A DNA stretch of 64,000 nucleotides. Source: Balanoglossus misakiensis. Taxonomy: Eukaryota; Animalia; Hemichordata. The notes below the pieces were generated by a model that did no database searches, had not been told where the DNA came from, and worked only from the letters and a program-made list of their open reading frames with translations. A program made the position numbers and the translations under genes. Positions 26,401 to 38,592 of the stretch are shown here, piece after piece (the stretch's first letter is position 1; the number at the start of each line of letters is the position of its first letter). The DNA lies in contig CM082593.2 in assembly GCA_040954595.2 (NCBI GenBank), forward strand, positions 7,724,043 to 7,788,042, written 5' to 3'.

Positions 26401-29400
26401 GAAAATGTTGTATAAACACATGCTCTTTCTGCAGAAGAGTATCGAAATTTTATAGACATTTTCAGACATGTCAGAGGAATCAACTGTATTTCGACACTGC
26501 ATATTTTCTGTTCGATGTGTAATGCGCGGCTACACAACAGTGCGTGCATTTTACAATGTATATGCAGTAGGCGTAAAATGAGCTTGTCGAAGGAAGTGAT
26601 AGCAAAGAATCTCCATCCACATAGTATTGAAAGTACATAGTTCGAAATGCTACATCTTGACCCCGAACGACTCACGGAGCTGTGTGACATGGTTCGCGAT
26701 AATAATAACATGCATTTTGTTGTCAGTAAAACTAAAAAACCACGCAAAAATTGGTTACCTATGTCCTACTTGATAACAAACCACCATTGCGTCATAATCG
26801 TCGAAATTGTTGTCACAGACTGTGCCCCACTGACCGTCATGATATATTTCTATGCGACCTTCAGAATTGGAAGAACCGCCACGCAGGATGACGTCACCTT
26901 CATTTGCAACTGAAATGACAACGAATGAATAAGTACATTTTCAAATTCACTTTGCACGATAATTCGGGCGCGTGGTTCTCGGGTCGAGTTGTACACCAAA
27001 CTGTACGTTTTGGTATTACAAAATTTATTGTACTCAGTCGCTAATACCAGTAAATACAATTTTTCAGTAAATTAGAAAAGTTAAGAATATGCATATATTA
27101 TTATCTAGCATCATTCATTTTCAATTGATTATGAACCATTACTATCCCAAGCATTCCATATGAACCGGACAATTCTAGTGACCAAACAGTATGTTCTGCT
27201 ATATTGTGATTAACATATGATTTACATACCTGAACATGATACACCAGCGTCGTTGCCATGACCACAGTTGTTATCTCCCCAATCGCTGCTCTGACATTGA
27301 CTCAAACCACTTTCACCTCCATCACATTGGACATTATCTAGCCATACATCGCCCTCTCCTGGCCCAAAATGTGCGCCTGAATATGCTACACCGCCACTGT
27401 AAAATACAATAGACATTATTGAATGATTTCATATTTCCTTTGGAGTCGATTGTAATACATAGTAGTATACTAGTGTGTTAAAAAGATGTTAAACAATTCG
27501 GGTATAGGCCCGACATATGACAGGATTTATGTGATAACTGAACTGCTGGAAGATAAAGTTTAACAATTAAAGCATCATGATCAAATCTACATTATATCTG
27601 CATCGCTTTCATACATGTAAGTCCTGTTCCTAAAAGCACAATGAGAAAATTTGCATAATATATGCATCGTTTTCTGCAAAAGAATTAGTTACCTGTATCC
27701 TAATTGGATGCAAATTACGAATGCGTCATCGTTATCAAAGTTGTTATCACACACGGTCCCCCACTTGTTTGAATGAAAGATTTCTACTCGGCCTTCCATT
27801 TCCGTGGCACCACCCAGTAATTGGACTTCTCCTTCGATTGGAGCTGAAATGACACCAAATTTAACGTGTTCAATGAAATAGAGTTTTCCAACGACATTTT
27901 GTCAAACATTTGCTGTTGATCACATGGCTGGATTTTCTGGATGAAGATATGTCTGCTGGAAACCGACAGTAAATGTGTTGAAGCCATTCTACTTTGATTT
28001 CAAAGTATACACATCATACTAAAGAGTGAGTTACTAGTATTTCACATGCTGTGTGCTTTAGATGTCCCCATCGCTCACAGTTTGAAAATCATAACCGAAT
28101 AATTTACCTGGTTCACATTCTATGCCGACATCTTCATGATGACCACAGTTATGAGTTCCGAACGCCGGATGGGGACACAAAGAAAGACTGCTTTCATCTC
28201 CAGTACAGGCTACATCGTCCAGCCATATTTGACCACTTCCTTGTCCAAAATGTGCACTTTGGAATTGTCTACCACCCCTGAGAGTGAAAGAGTGGTGTGA
28301 CAAGTAAGAAAAAAAAAACTCGAATAGTATTATGTCTGCAAACTTTTAACAATGATACATAATATTTCATTGCACAGAACGGAAGAAAATGCGATCAATG
28401 CTTCCGCTGGACACTCCAGGTGTGCCAAACGGAAGAAGCAGAGGGCTCTGGGTAACCGAAACTACACCACACTCTAAACGGCTGACTTAATGACTTGTAA
28501 TCGGTTAATTAGCAAATGATATTACGTGAATCCAAGTTGACGACAAGCAACAACCGCGTCGATATCTTCAAAGTTGTCATCACAAACTGTACCCCACTCA
28601 TTTGAATAAAATATTTCCAGACGGCCTTCCTGTCGTGTTGAGCCACCCACCAAGCGAAGGTCATTACCTACATTCGATAGGAACGAATTTAAGTCAGTAA
28701 TATCATCAACAATTAATGATTTGCAAGGAATTAAAAGTATGCGAGAAAAACACAAATTATAACTCACCTGTACATGTCACACCGACGTCATTATTGTGCC
28801 CACAATCATTATTTCCCCAACCACTGCTCTGACAACTACTTAGACTGGTTTCACTTCCATCACATTGAACATCACTGAGCCATATTGGTCCTTCTCCTTC
28901 GCCAAACGGTGCACCGTTATGTGCTGTACCTCCTCTGTGAATAAACATAAGTGTTATCGCTTGATTTTCCGTAGTGGGATTGCATAATCATGACGTCAGT
29001 GCTCGAATCTGCGCAAAATAATTCGCTTGTGCTATAGCTAAAATGTGTTGGCAAATACTTGGAAATTACATCTCTCTTAATAAAAATACCAATCGGGATC
29101 ATCAAGGAATATTTACCCATAACTTAATTCATGGCAAATAACCAACGCATCCGTATCGTCAAAGTTGTCATCACACACTGTACCCCATTCATCGTCGTGG
29201 TATATTTCAAGGCGTCCTTCCAAATATGAAGAGCCATCCACTAATCGAACCTCCCCGTCCGCTGGAACTGAAATGACAAATAATCAAATAATGTATTGAA
29301 CATAATACTATGTTGTTTTTGTTGTTGTTGTTGTTGTTGGTGGTGGTGGTCATAATGTATTTTAATGACATTTAAATCAAGGAAGTATTGCCTCTAGAAT

Positions 29401-32400
29401 ATGTTGGTGTACCCTCTATAGACGGTATGATATAGTTTTCTTTCTATTTCATAATTTATAACAACTTGAATATAATTTCTATTTCAGGTTACAATACCGT
29501 TTGTGCATGCTAAGTTCATAAACCATCAAAACGTACCATCACATGAAACTCCAGCATCTTCGGTATGACCGCAGTTCTTAACTCCCCAGCCAGGATTTGT
29601 ACATTCTTGCAGTCTGCTTTCACTTCCTGTACATCCAACATCATCCAACCATATTTGGCCTGTTCCTTGTCCGAAATGTGCACTTTGATATTGTGTGCCT
29701 CCCCTGCAAGTTACACGTGACTCGTCTCAATGGGATTATGAGGCATTTGTGCATGATTGGGGTATGTGTGACAGTGGTTACGAAACACGGCCGTTTTGAA
29801 GGCTGACTTTAAAGGTATACAGTCACCTCCAATTTACATACGCCCATATATGGCTGAAATGGCGTATTTGAGCGTTCTAAAGAACATATGGTGGCGCTCT
29901 TTTTTCGCGTGTGCCACCCACTGAAAATCTATGATTGGCTAGATCCCAATTTACCATGGTAACTATAGCTAATTTTCCATAGGTGACAGTTTATCTTTAA
30001 CCCACAAAAAGAGTGTCATGATTATGGGCAAATTGCACTCATAGTAAAATCATCTTTAAATGTCGCTTGTTCCTGAATAAAATCTCTATTTTGGGCCAAT
30101 AAAATTTATCTGTAGAGTTCAGAATGGCAAGCCATTGGATTCAATGGCCTTTGTGGGATTTTCTGGCTTTGATAGGTGAAATATAATGACAGTGGTAATA
30201 CAGCTAAAATACGATCTCTGATAACACATCGCATATTCTGGATGGGCTTACCTGTATCCGAGTTGGCGGCACACCACAGATGCATCAACATCTTCAAAGA
30301 CGTCGTCACAAACAGTGCCCCATTCGTTTTCGTGAAATATTTCCACGGTGCCTTCGTGAGGTCCAGATCCACCAAAAAGGCGAATGTCACCTTCCAATGG
30401 AACTTAGAAATAAGAAGATCGGTTTCAGTTAATCATCATGTCTGAACATATTTTGGGATTTGTATATTATGACCACATCAGGCAGCGATTTTCAGTTTCA
30501 CTTTAATTTTGACAACCAAGGGCAGCACAGGATTTTTAAAAAATAATTTTGAATATCTAGCAGCATGGGGTAATAGACACGAGGGAGTGGATATCTGTAA
30601 TTCGGGGAGAGGAAACTATCTTCGTTTAATCACTTACCTCGGCAGATCACGCCAGCATCGTCGCCATGCTCGCAATTATGGGTTCCCCAGCCACTGTTCG
30701 GACAGCTACCCAGGGTCGTTTCTCCCCCATTGCATGCCAGATTATCCAGCCATATTTGTCCATGCCCTTGTCCGAAATGTGCGTTAGGTTGTGCCGAACC
30801 GCCGCGGCTGTGAACGAGCACGTGGACACAAGTCAATTTTTTGACAATTAATATCCAAATGACAAAATATTTTTTGGCTTTCTGATGACAGCGAACACTA
30901 AAAATATTCGGACATAGCGTCCAGAAATATGATTGGAGAAGAGATTAAGCACAGCCTTCAAGCTACTACCAAATTGAATGTATGTTAGCTGTTCCAATAC
31001 CCCAATCAAGATACATGTAATTAATCAAACAAGACTTATTTTATTGTTCTCTTCGAAAGGATCATTTTGAAATGTATCGATGGCGAAAATTATTATTATT
31101 AGAAAAAAATACTATAAATTTGTAGACATTTCAGATCAAGTGCATCTCGTGACTGAACCCTTTTCGCATGTGTGTTGTATTCTAGTAAAACCTACGTTAG
31201 TAGGTATTAAAATGTAACTTCTTAGCAAAGAACAGAGTCTGACGTGGTGATAGTTCGAAATTCAACATTCAACCAGAAGGGAGTTGAACCAGAGTGGTTA
31301 TATGGTTCGATTCGCAGTTCTTGTATTGTCAGTTAAATATAGTCAAAATGATGAGTTACCTATGTCCTACTTGATAACAAACCACCATTGCGTCACGATC
31401 GTCAAAATTGTTGTCACAGACGGTACCCCACTGACCGTCATGGTATATTTCAATGCGACCTTCATAACGCGAAGAACCACCTCGCAAGATGACGTCACCT
31501 TCATTTGCAACTGAAATTACAAACAATCCATTTGCCAAGTAAGTTCACAGTAAATCTCGGTCGTGTGGTTTCCAGAATTTTACAGTAATCTGCACTGTTC
31601 AAGCGACGCTACAGAAACGTTTTTGGACAATATTATCTTCAGGTTAATAGTTCATTATTATTATTTTATTAATAGTTCATTATTATTTTACTAGTATATT
31701 GAATATAGTAATATACTACTATATAATTCGTGATGTAGAACAGTTGGAACACAGCCAAGAGGTCACGAATGTAAACCCATGCTCTACGTTGTTGTTAATT
31801 TACTTTCCACGGTATGTCCGAATTTGGTAGCTCTGTGTCCATGAACTGTTAGAAGCAGATTTTCAAGTTAACGACAAGTAATTTTGGCAGTCAGAGCACT
31901 GTCTGACAAAGAATGACATATACATACCTGAACATGATACACCAGCGTCGTTGCCATGACCACAAATGTTATCTCCCCAATCGCTTCTCTGACATTGACT
32001 CAAACTACTTTCACTTCCATCACATTGGACATTATCTAGCCATACATCGCCCTCTCCCGGCCCAAAATGTGCGCCTGAATATGCTACACCAGCACTGTAA
32101 ATACACAACGGAAATTGGTTAATGATTTTCATGTGATTTTCGTGGACTACTACATATTAATATTATTTTTCAAAATAATATGTTTACACGTTTAGGGTCA
32201 ACCATACATGTAAGTCCTGTTCCTTAAGGCACAATGAGCAAATTTCTATAATATGTGCATCGTTTGAATAATTACCTGTATCCTAATTGGTTGCAAATTA
32301 CGAATGCGTCATCACTATCAAAGTTGTTATCACACACGGTTCCCCACTTGTTTGAATGAAAGATTTCTACTCGGCCTTCCATTTCCGTGGCACCACCCAG

Positions 32401-35400
32401 TAATTGGAGCTCGCCTTCGAGTGGAGCTGAAATGATACCACGTTTAACATTCTCATGAAATAGATTATTAGTTTCATTAACCTTATTACCTCAATTGCTC
32501 ATGACCAAGTGCTCGAAATGACTATGTTGAACATGAGAAGTTATTGTATGCAAATCATACGCCTACAGACTTGCGACAAACTAGCTAAATGAGTTGTTAT
32601 GTAGTTAAAGGCACGTAAGCTGCAACTGGATAAAAAATTAAAGTTTTAAATAATCTCATATATGCTTTTAATTATGTCTATTAAATCTATTTCATGATAA
32701 TATATCAAGCTCAACACTTATTTATGACAAAATTGCCAAAAATTAAAGAAAAACGAAAATTCCTGCAATTTAAAAAAAAGTGCAATATTGCAATGAAAAA
32801 TGAAAATCTGATGTCTCAGTGATGTACATATACTTCCATGAGCTCAAGTGGATGAGATCATGTTTTGTTTATGAAGTTTCACAACTGGAAATGCGACATT
32901 TTCATTGTTTCTTGCATTTTCCCACAGTGGCGGCCATAATCGCTTGCGTCAAAGCTTTATTATTTATCTGGTTAAAACTTGCATATGCACTCATATTTAG
33001 GGTTTATAATGCTTGTGTATAGTTCACTGCCTTCATCTGCATGAACTAATGGTAGTACAGTTTGAAACAAAAATTATGAAAATTATCCCAAAAGATACAG
33101 CTTACGTGCCTTTAACACGCAAACTTTCAAATTGGTTACGCTGGAGATAAACGCCATGGGGTGTTTAGTGAATAATGCTGTTTATGTAAATCATACATGA
33201 TGACACAGGCCGTGCACGGTCACTATCAGTGTCTCGCCCAAATATTTCTGGTCTGAACATAATTTACCTGCTTCACATTCTATCCCGACATCTTCTTGAT
33301 GACCACAGTTAGCAACTCCGAACGCCGCATGGGGACACATAGAAAGACTGCTTTCATCTCCAGTGCAGGCTACATCGTCCAGCCATATTTGACCACTTCC
33401 TTGTCCAAAATGTGCACCTTGGAATTGTCTACCACCCCTGAGAATAAAATAGTGGTGAGAGAAGAGAAAATTAATAGTATTATGTCTGAAAACATTCATA
33501 ATACTAGTAATTCCGATATTCAATAGCGCAGACTGAAAATCGACCAATGCCCAAGGGATGTATGACTATCTTCAATTAACCCACGATCTACATTTTTAAA
33601 GTTTGACATAACATTTTTGGTATGGAATTGGAACGGCTATTAAGTTGAATGTATTAGGACAGTCACGTAGGAGTCACGACGTAGGAGTGATGTGAACATA
33701 GGCGTTTTACTGCCTGGTACTGGTTTGTTCAAAATTAGTTACACATAAAACAATTGACAATAGCAAATGACATTACCTTAATCCAAGTTGACGACAAGCA
33801 ACAACCGCGTCGATATCTTCGAAGTTGTCATCGCAAACTGTACCCCACTCGTTTGAATAAAATACTTCAAGACGGCCTTCCTGTCGTGTTGAGCCACCCA
33901 CCAAGCGAAGGTCATTACCTACATTCGATAGAAACGAATTTAAGTCAGTAATACCATCAACCATTCATGTCTCGCAAATAATTGAATGTTATATACAAAA
34001 ATTACAACTCGCCTGTACAGGTGACACCAACGTCATTATTGTGCCCACAGTCGTTATATCCCCAAGCCATGCTCAGACAACTACTTAGACTGGTTTCACT
34101 TCCGTCGCATTGAACGTTAGTGAGCCATATTGGTCCTTCTCCTTCGCCAAACTGTGCACCGCCGTGTGCTTTACCTCCGCTGCGAATAAAACAAATGCAA
34201 CCGCTTGATTTCCGCATTTGCATATTTATAATGAATTAGAACAGCATGCTGGTTGAACTAACGTCATCGCACGAATCTGCGCGAATATTTCGCTCGTGAT
34301 AAACTAATTCGAAATTTCATACGTCTTAAAGATCTGGTAGTGCAATTTAAAGAAACATTTACCCATATCCTAATTCATGGCAAACGACAATAGCATCAGT
34401 ATCGTCAAAGTTGTCATCACACACTGTACCCCATTCACTGTGATGATATATTTGAAGGCGACCTTCCATATGTGTAGAGCCGTTCACTAATCGAATCTCC
34501 CCTTCCACTGGAGCTGAAATGACAAAAAAATTGAAGGTTGTGAATTGTTTATAGAGAAGAAAAAATCTCATCTAAAATGTACGCTCAGCAACATTGCATT
34601 TAAGCGTCCATAGAATCCACACATTATTCACTGTTTTGTCATTATTGTAAACAATACCGAAGTGTTTGGGTGGGAGTTGATTAATTAAACACACTATAAA
34701 GAAAAATACTGGGTTTGTTGGCGGACATAATTATTTCATCGAACATATAAGTTATGGCAATTATTGCCGCTTGAATATGTCAGTGACCCATCATTACATG
34801 GTTTTATAATTACAGGGACATATTACCTCTGATTATTATTTCACTGTTTTTTCTTTTCAACTAATGTTTCTTTTTTTTATATTCACTAAAACATGTCCAA
34901 GAGCCAAGTACTACATTCAACATCCAGTAATATTTCAATTTTGTCCGGAATAAAATAAGTTGTCAACAAAAACATTGCTGGTAATTTACCGATACATGAA
35001 ACTCCAGCATCTTCGGTATGAGCGCAGTTTTTAACTCCCCAGCCAGGATTTGCACAGTCTTGTAGTCTGCTTTCACTTCCTGTACATCCAACATCATCCA
35101 ACCATATTTGACCTGTTCCTTGTCCGAAATGTGCACTTTGATATTGTGTGCCTCCCCTGAAAAGAAAAAAATATATATCAGACAGCTGTGAAACTTTCGT
35201 GAGTGTTTAGCATCCACTATTTATACCACGCTTTGCCTCGTGCCCATTGTTCAAACGATGCCTCTTATTTTCCATAACCGATCGTCTGGTCATTACCATG
35301 TGATGTTCTTGTGTTACTTTCTTTCTTTGTTAGAAAGTGTGTGGTTTACAAGTAAATCCACACTTTTTGACGACCACGTGGTCCCTCCATCAAAGTCAGT

Positions 35401-37221
35401 TAAAGGCGGAAATGACAAGCAAAAACACGCCAAAAACTCGACAAATTCGTGGTATAAGTGGGAAATACCACTCATTGTCGTGGGGTTACTATGGTAACCT
35501 CACAGTATCGGTCAGAAGCTTGTAAACGTCACTTCGGCCTCGTGACGTTTACAAGCTTTTGACCGACAGGATTGGCTTACCTGTATCCAAGTTGGCGGCA
35601 CACCACAGATGCATCAACATCTTCAAAGACGTCATCACAAACAGTGCCCCATTCGTTTTCGTGAAATATTTCCACGGTGCCTTCGTGAGGTCCAGATCCA
35701 CCGAAAAGGCGAATGTCACCTTCAACCGCCGCTGTTAAATGAGACGACAGGCTAAAGTCATTACTGATAAATGCTCAAACACAGTAAACGTGATATTACC
35801 ACATCGTGACGATTTTTGACGACGAGATTTAATACTCATTTATAAAAGCTTCCACATAAAACAAACAGACATCAACACACATTAAATGTTTTTGTTTACA
35901 AGTATTCGCATCGCTCGATTTTGGACTACAATTTTATTTATAATTGTCTCGGATAAAAATGTTATATTTGAGATTGAAATCAAGGCAATCAAAATAATGT
36001 ATATCACAATGGGGCAGTTAAGGGAATTTGAAATAAAACTTTCAGAATTTCCTGTCTATAGGCCTATCCTTACTATGGGTGCCCTACTCAATGACATTCA
36101 TTTTAATCAACATCTAGAAAGTTATATTAACAGCAAGCTCGTTTCCCTTGAAGGCATCTTTCTACATACAGCTTACCTTGAGATGGGGCTACCAACAAAG
36201 CCGCCAAAAATAAACAAAGCATCGTAATCCTGGCAGAAAAAAACACGTAAAGTTGAGTGTAGGAACATTAAACTTTTAACGGATTTTTAAACCATAGACA
36301 TGGCAGACCAATTGCAGAATGGTTTCTACAATCTCGCGTATAGCCTACATTTGTACATTTACATCAAGGTGGACTAATTAATTATGAAACATGAGGTTGC
36401 ACGAGGACATGTCTTGCCAAAGAAACATGTCAAAAAGCACAACCCGAGAAAATGCTAATTTTAGACAGGAGGTTGTCACAAACTTCCCTGATATATGAGG
36501 CTGTTGGCGTGTTTGTAATTGTTAACTCTATACCACCTCTAAAGACCACGAAAAGGGAAATGTTGAATGGAAATAGCATTTTTTCGGTATTGTAAATAAA
36601 AATAATCGATCAAACCCCACGAACTACTTTAATGTCATTTTATTAGTACTGTAGCTAGTGAAAGTCATTGTATGACACAATGGTTAATGCATCACAAAAA
36701 TGGCACGAGAAATAGACTTGGCATGGTAAAAAAGAAATTCGATGGTTAGCAACCGAAATGGACAAAATCAGAATACATTTCATTATTTTTAATGAAAAAA
36801 TGCCGTCATATTTGATTTGAGCATGTTTTTCTCGTTTTCGTACAAATGTTTATGTCTGTAACACAATTTGATGTTTCCCTTTCTTATCTGCTCCTATTAG
36901 TAATTGTCAGCACTTCATTTAATTGTCCACTGCCATTTATAGACAGATATGAACCCTGCATAAAACGTGTCTTTAATGAATTTTCCGTTGGCCACCGGTG
37001 GTAGCTTTATGTGCGTGTTATACAAATGCCCGATCGCTTTAAGTGATAGCCGGTTCGTTTTAATTTGTACGCCTCTTAAGTTTAATCCGGTCATTAATCG
37101 ACGATCGCGCTTTTCCGGAGAATTGTATGAGAGTGAAAAACAAATTCATGTCCACAATTTGAAATCCGTCGCATAAAAAGTTCTTTACTCACTGGCACAA
37201 ACATCTTTTAATGCTGAACAT
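19497..37221 (-). CDS. Secreted multi-SRCR (14 group-A domains) + Pro/Thr stalk + F-type lectin protein (DMBT1-like scavenger receptor); SRCR11 exon frameshifted
   Basis: Signal exons 37221-37193, 36229-36177 ([28 protein letters not shown]). SRCR exon pairs: 35731-35581/35156-34990; 34513-34363/34179-34013; 33918-33777/33437-33268; 32426-32276/32094-31928; 31510-31360/30807-30638; 30402-30252/29703-29537; 29267-29117/28934-28768; 28667-28526/28277-28108; 27843-27693/27396-27230; 26909-26759/26321-26152; 25669-25530/24970-24804; 24419-24269/23949-23783; 23450-23300/22892-22726; 22109-21959/21625-21459. PT stalk 21113-20976; FTP exons 20484-20242 and 19711-19497 (TAG). Domains show GxxEI..WGTVCDD, VVCxQLG, FGxGxGxIWLDxVxCxGxE and NCxHxxDAGVxC, with 6 Cys each. 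Confidence 0.92.
25089..25402. mobile_element. MITE with about 35-bp imperfect TIRs and internal (CTAC)n
   Basis: taggccaaataaaaaaatatgtgctgttccgat / atcggaacagatcatattatttgtttggcctta. A decayed relative may lie at about 10448-10725. Confidence 0.78.
25530..25669 (-). pseudogene. Frameshifted SRCR11 first exon (140 nt versus 151 nt in its paralogs)
   Basis: 11-nt net deletion relative to 35581-35731 and 30252-30402. The frame set by the acceptor reads [15 protein letters not shown] (stop at 25634-25632). Confidence 0.8.
29809..30000. mobile_element. TTAA-flanked MITE (Kolobok/piggyBac-type), family A
   Basis: ttaaaggtatacagtcacct ... aggtgacagtttatctttaa; near-identical inverted copy at 45492-45688. 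Confidence 0.85.
32605..33115. mobile_element. TTAA-flanked non-autonomous DNA transposon (Kolobok/piggyBac-type), family B
   Basis: Perfect TIR ttaaaggcacgtaagctg ... cagcttacgtgcctttaa. Related fragments at about 20620-20760, 8445-8555 and 42045-42150. Confidence 0.85.
35508..35566. repeat. 25-bp hairpin with ttcggcctc loop, part of a repeat insertion (about 35218-35566)
   Basis: tcggtcagaagcttgtaaacgtcac / gtgacgtttacaagcttttgaccga; ttataccacg (35221) and cgtggtataa (35448) are also inverted. Confidence 0.75.
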
Positions 37222-37495
37222 TTCGAAATATCGCGATCTACTATCCAGGCGTATTAAAAGTTAAACACAGTCTAAGTGTGAGAACTCTTCACATAATTAA
37301 TAACAACCACCATGATGGAAGATGGAAACTACCAGGAATTGGAAACAATAAGAATCAAAAACGAAGGACTACACAACGGACTCTAAAACAAATGTTTTGC
37401 GAATTCAAGATGCGTTGCCATCACAGTCGCCTGGGCCTCAAGTGGCTGTGCGTGCAGTACGCGCTGTAGGCAGTCCATATACATAGACCTCCCCA

Positions 37496-37496
<1 letters not shown>

Positions 37497-37579
<83 letters not shown>

Positions 37580-37613
37580 ACAAACAAACAAACAAACAAA
37601 CAAACAAACAAAC
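37497..37613. repeat. Compound (CAA)n(CAAA)n microsatellite upstream of the SRCR gene start
   Basis: About 27 CAA units followed by about 9 CAAA units. Confidence 0.97.
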
Positions 37614-38419
37614 ACCAGCCTGGGAAAAAATCCGGCGATTGGTCGTACACAGTAATTTTCTCCGTTTTCACTACAAAATGGTCAAGTTCATTCGTCATAT
37701 ACGCATCAATCGTCCCCTTTCCACTTCATGTGAAATGTTTCTTTCCTATTATTTTGTCCGATAAACCGTAATGTAGTTTAGCTATAGTAATACAGTTATA
37801 GAAACAAAAGTCGACGCCTCCGTCTCTATCAAAGTTTACAAAGAATCCGTACACCCTACAAATAAATACTCCCACTTGAATTCCTGACACGCATTTATAC
37901 ATAGACTGGCTGGAATAGAAGACACTAACTCTCTGATTCCACAAACAGATGGAAACACAAAATCACCATACCTGATTCCACAGTCTTACTTGGAAGTGTT
38001 CCTACTGCTCGCCAGTCCAAGTGTGAATGAAACTTTGTTCGTTTTGGGTTTTTTTTATATTCAATATGACTCTCAATTTTGCGACCATAAATTTACTTTC
38101 ACATTTAAATATTAAATGCATGTACGTCGAAACCTGTCAAAATGTCACCTCTGTAAATACCTGCAATTTTCTAAGGTCACTTGTAAAAATACCCACCACA
38201 AGACAGGACACGAATGTGTCATTTTTTTCAGTGAGTGGATTAATGTGTGAAAATTAATTAGAACGGTGTGTATGTTCAGATAACGTGAATAAAAGTGGTA
38301 GAAATGAAGCTATTCCTCAATAATATCGCCTAGTAATCACTTGATATCATTGATTACCGATTGCTGATAGGCCTATAGCATACACATAATATTGGACAGA
38401 GATCGTAATGTGTGTGTTA

Positions 38420-38592
38420 AGCTCTGCTGCGCTTATGGCTTCACATGTGAGCTGTTGTTTGCTCCCCAGGGAGTTAAATGGCATTCATTTAGGTCCAATG
38501 ACCATGGGTAATAATTGTTGTAAAGCGCCTTGAGCACAAAATATTGTGGTTATGCCTACGTGGCTATATAAGAACTCACTATTATTATTAAA
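38420..38592 (+). mobile_element. 3' tail of a SINE / L2-clade LINE
   Basis: gctccccagggagtt...tgtaaagcgccttgag...gctatataagaact...attattatta resembles the L2/SINE 3' stem-loop plus (ATT)n tail. Family assignment is from recall, not a search. Confidence 0.6.

Noticed and set aside
21459-35731. Calling the SRCR gene a true DMBT1 ortholog
   Set aside because: The domains are 6-Cys, two-exon group A type, and SID, CUB and ZP domains are absent, so no symbol was assigned.
36976-36987. NF-kB-like GGAAAATTCA in SRCR intron 1, and CRE/ETS motifs in DAPP1 intron 1 (46870, 47197)
   Set aside because: Short motifs expected by chance in 64 kb, with no supporting evidence.
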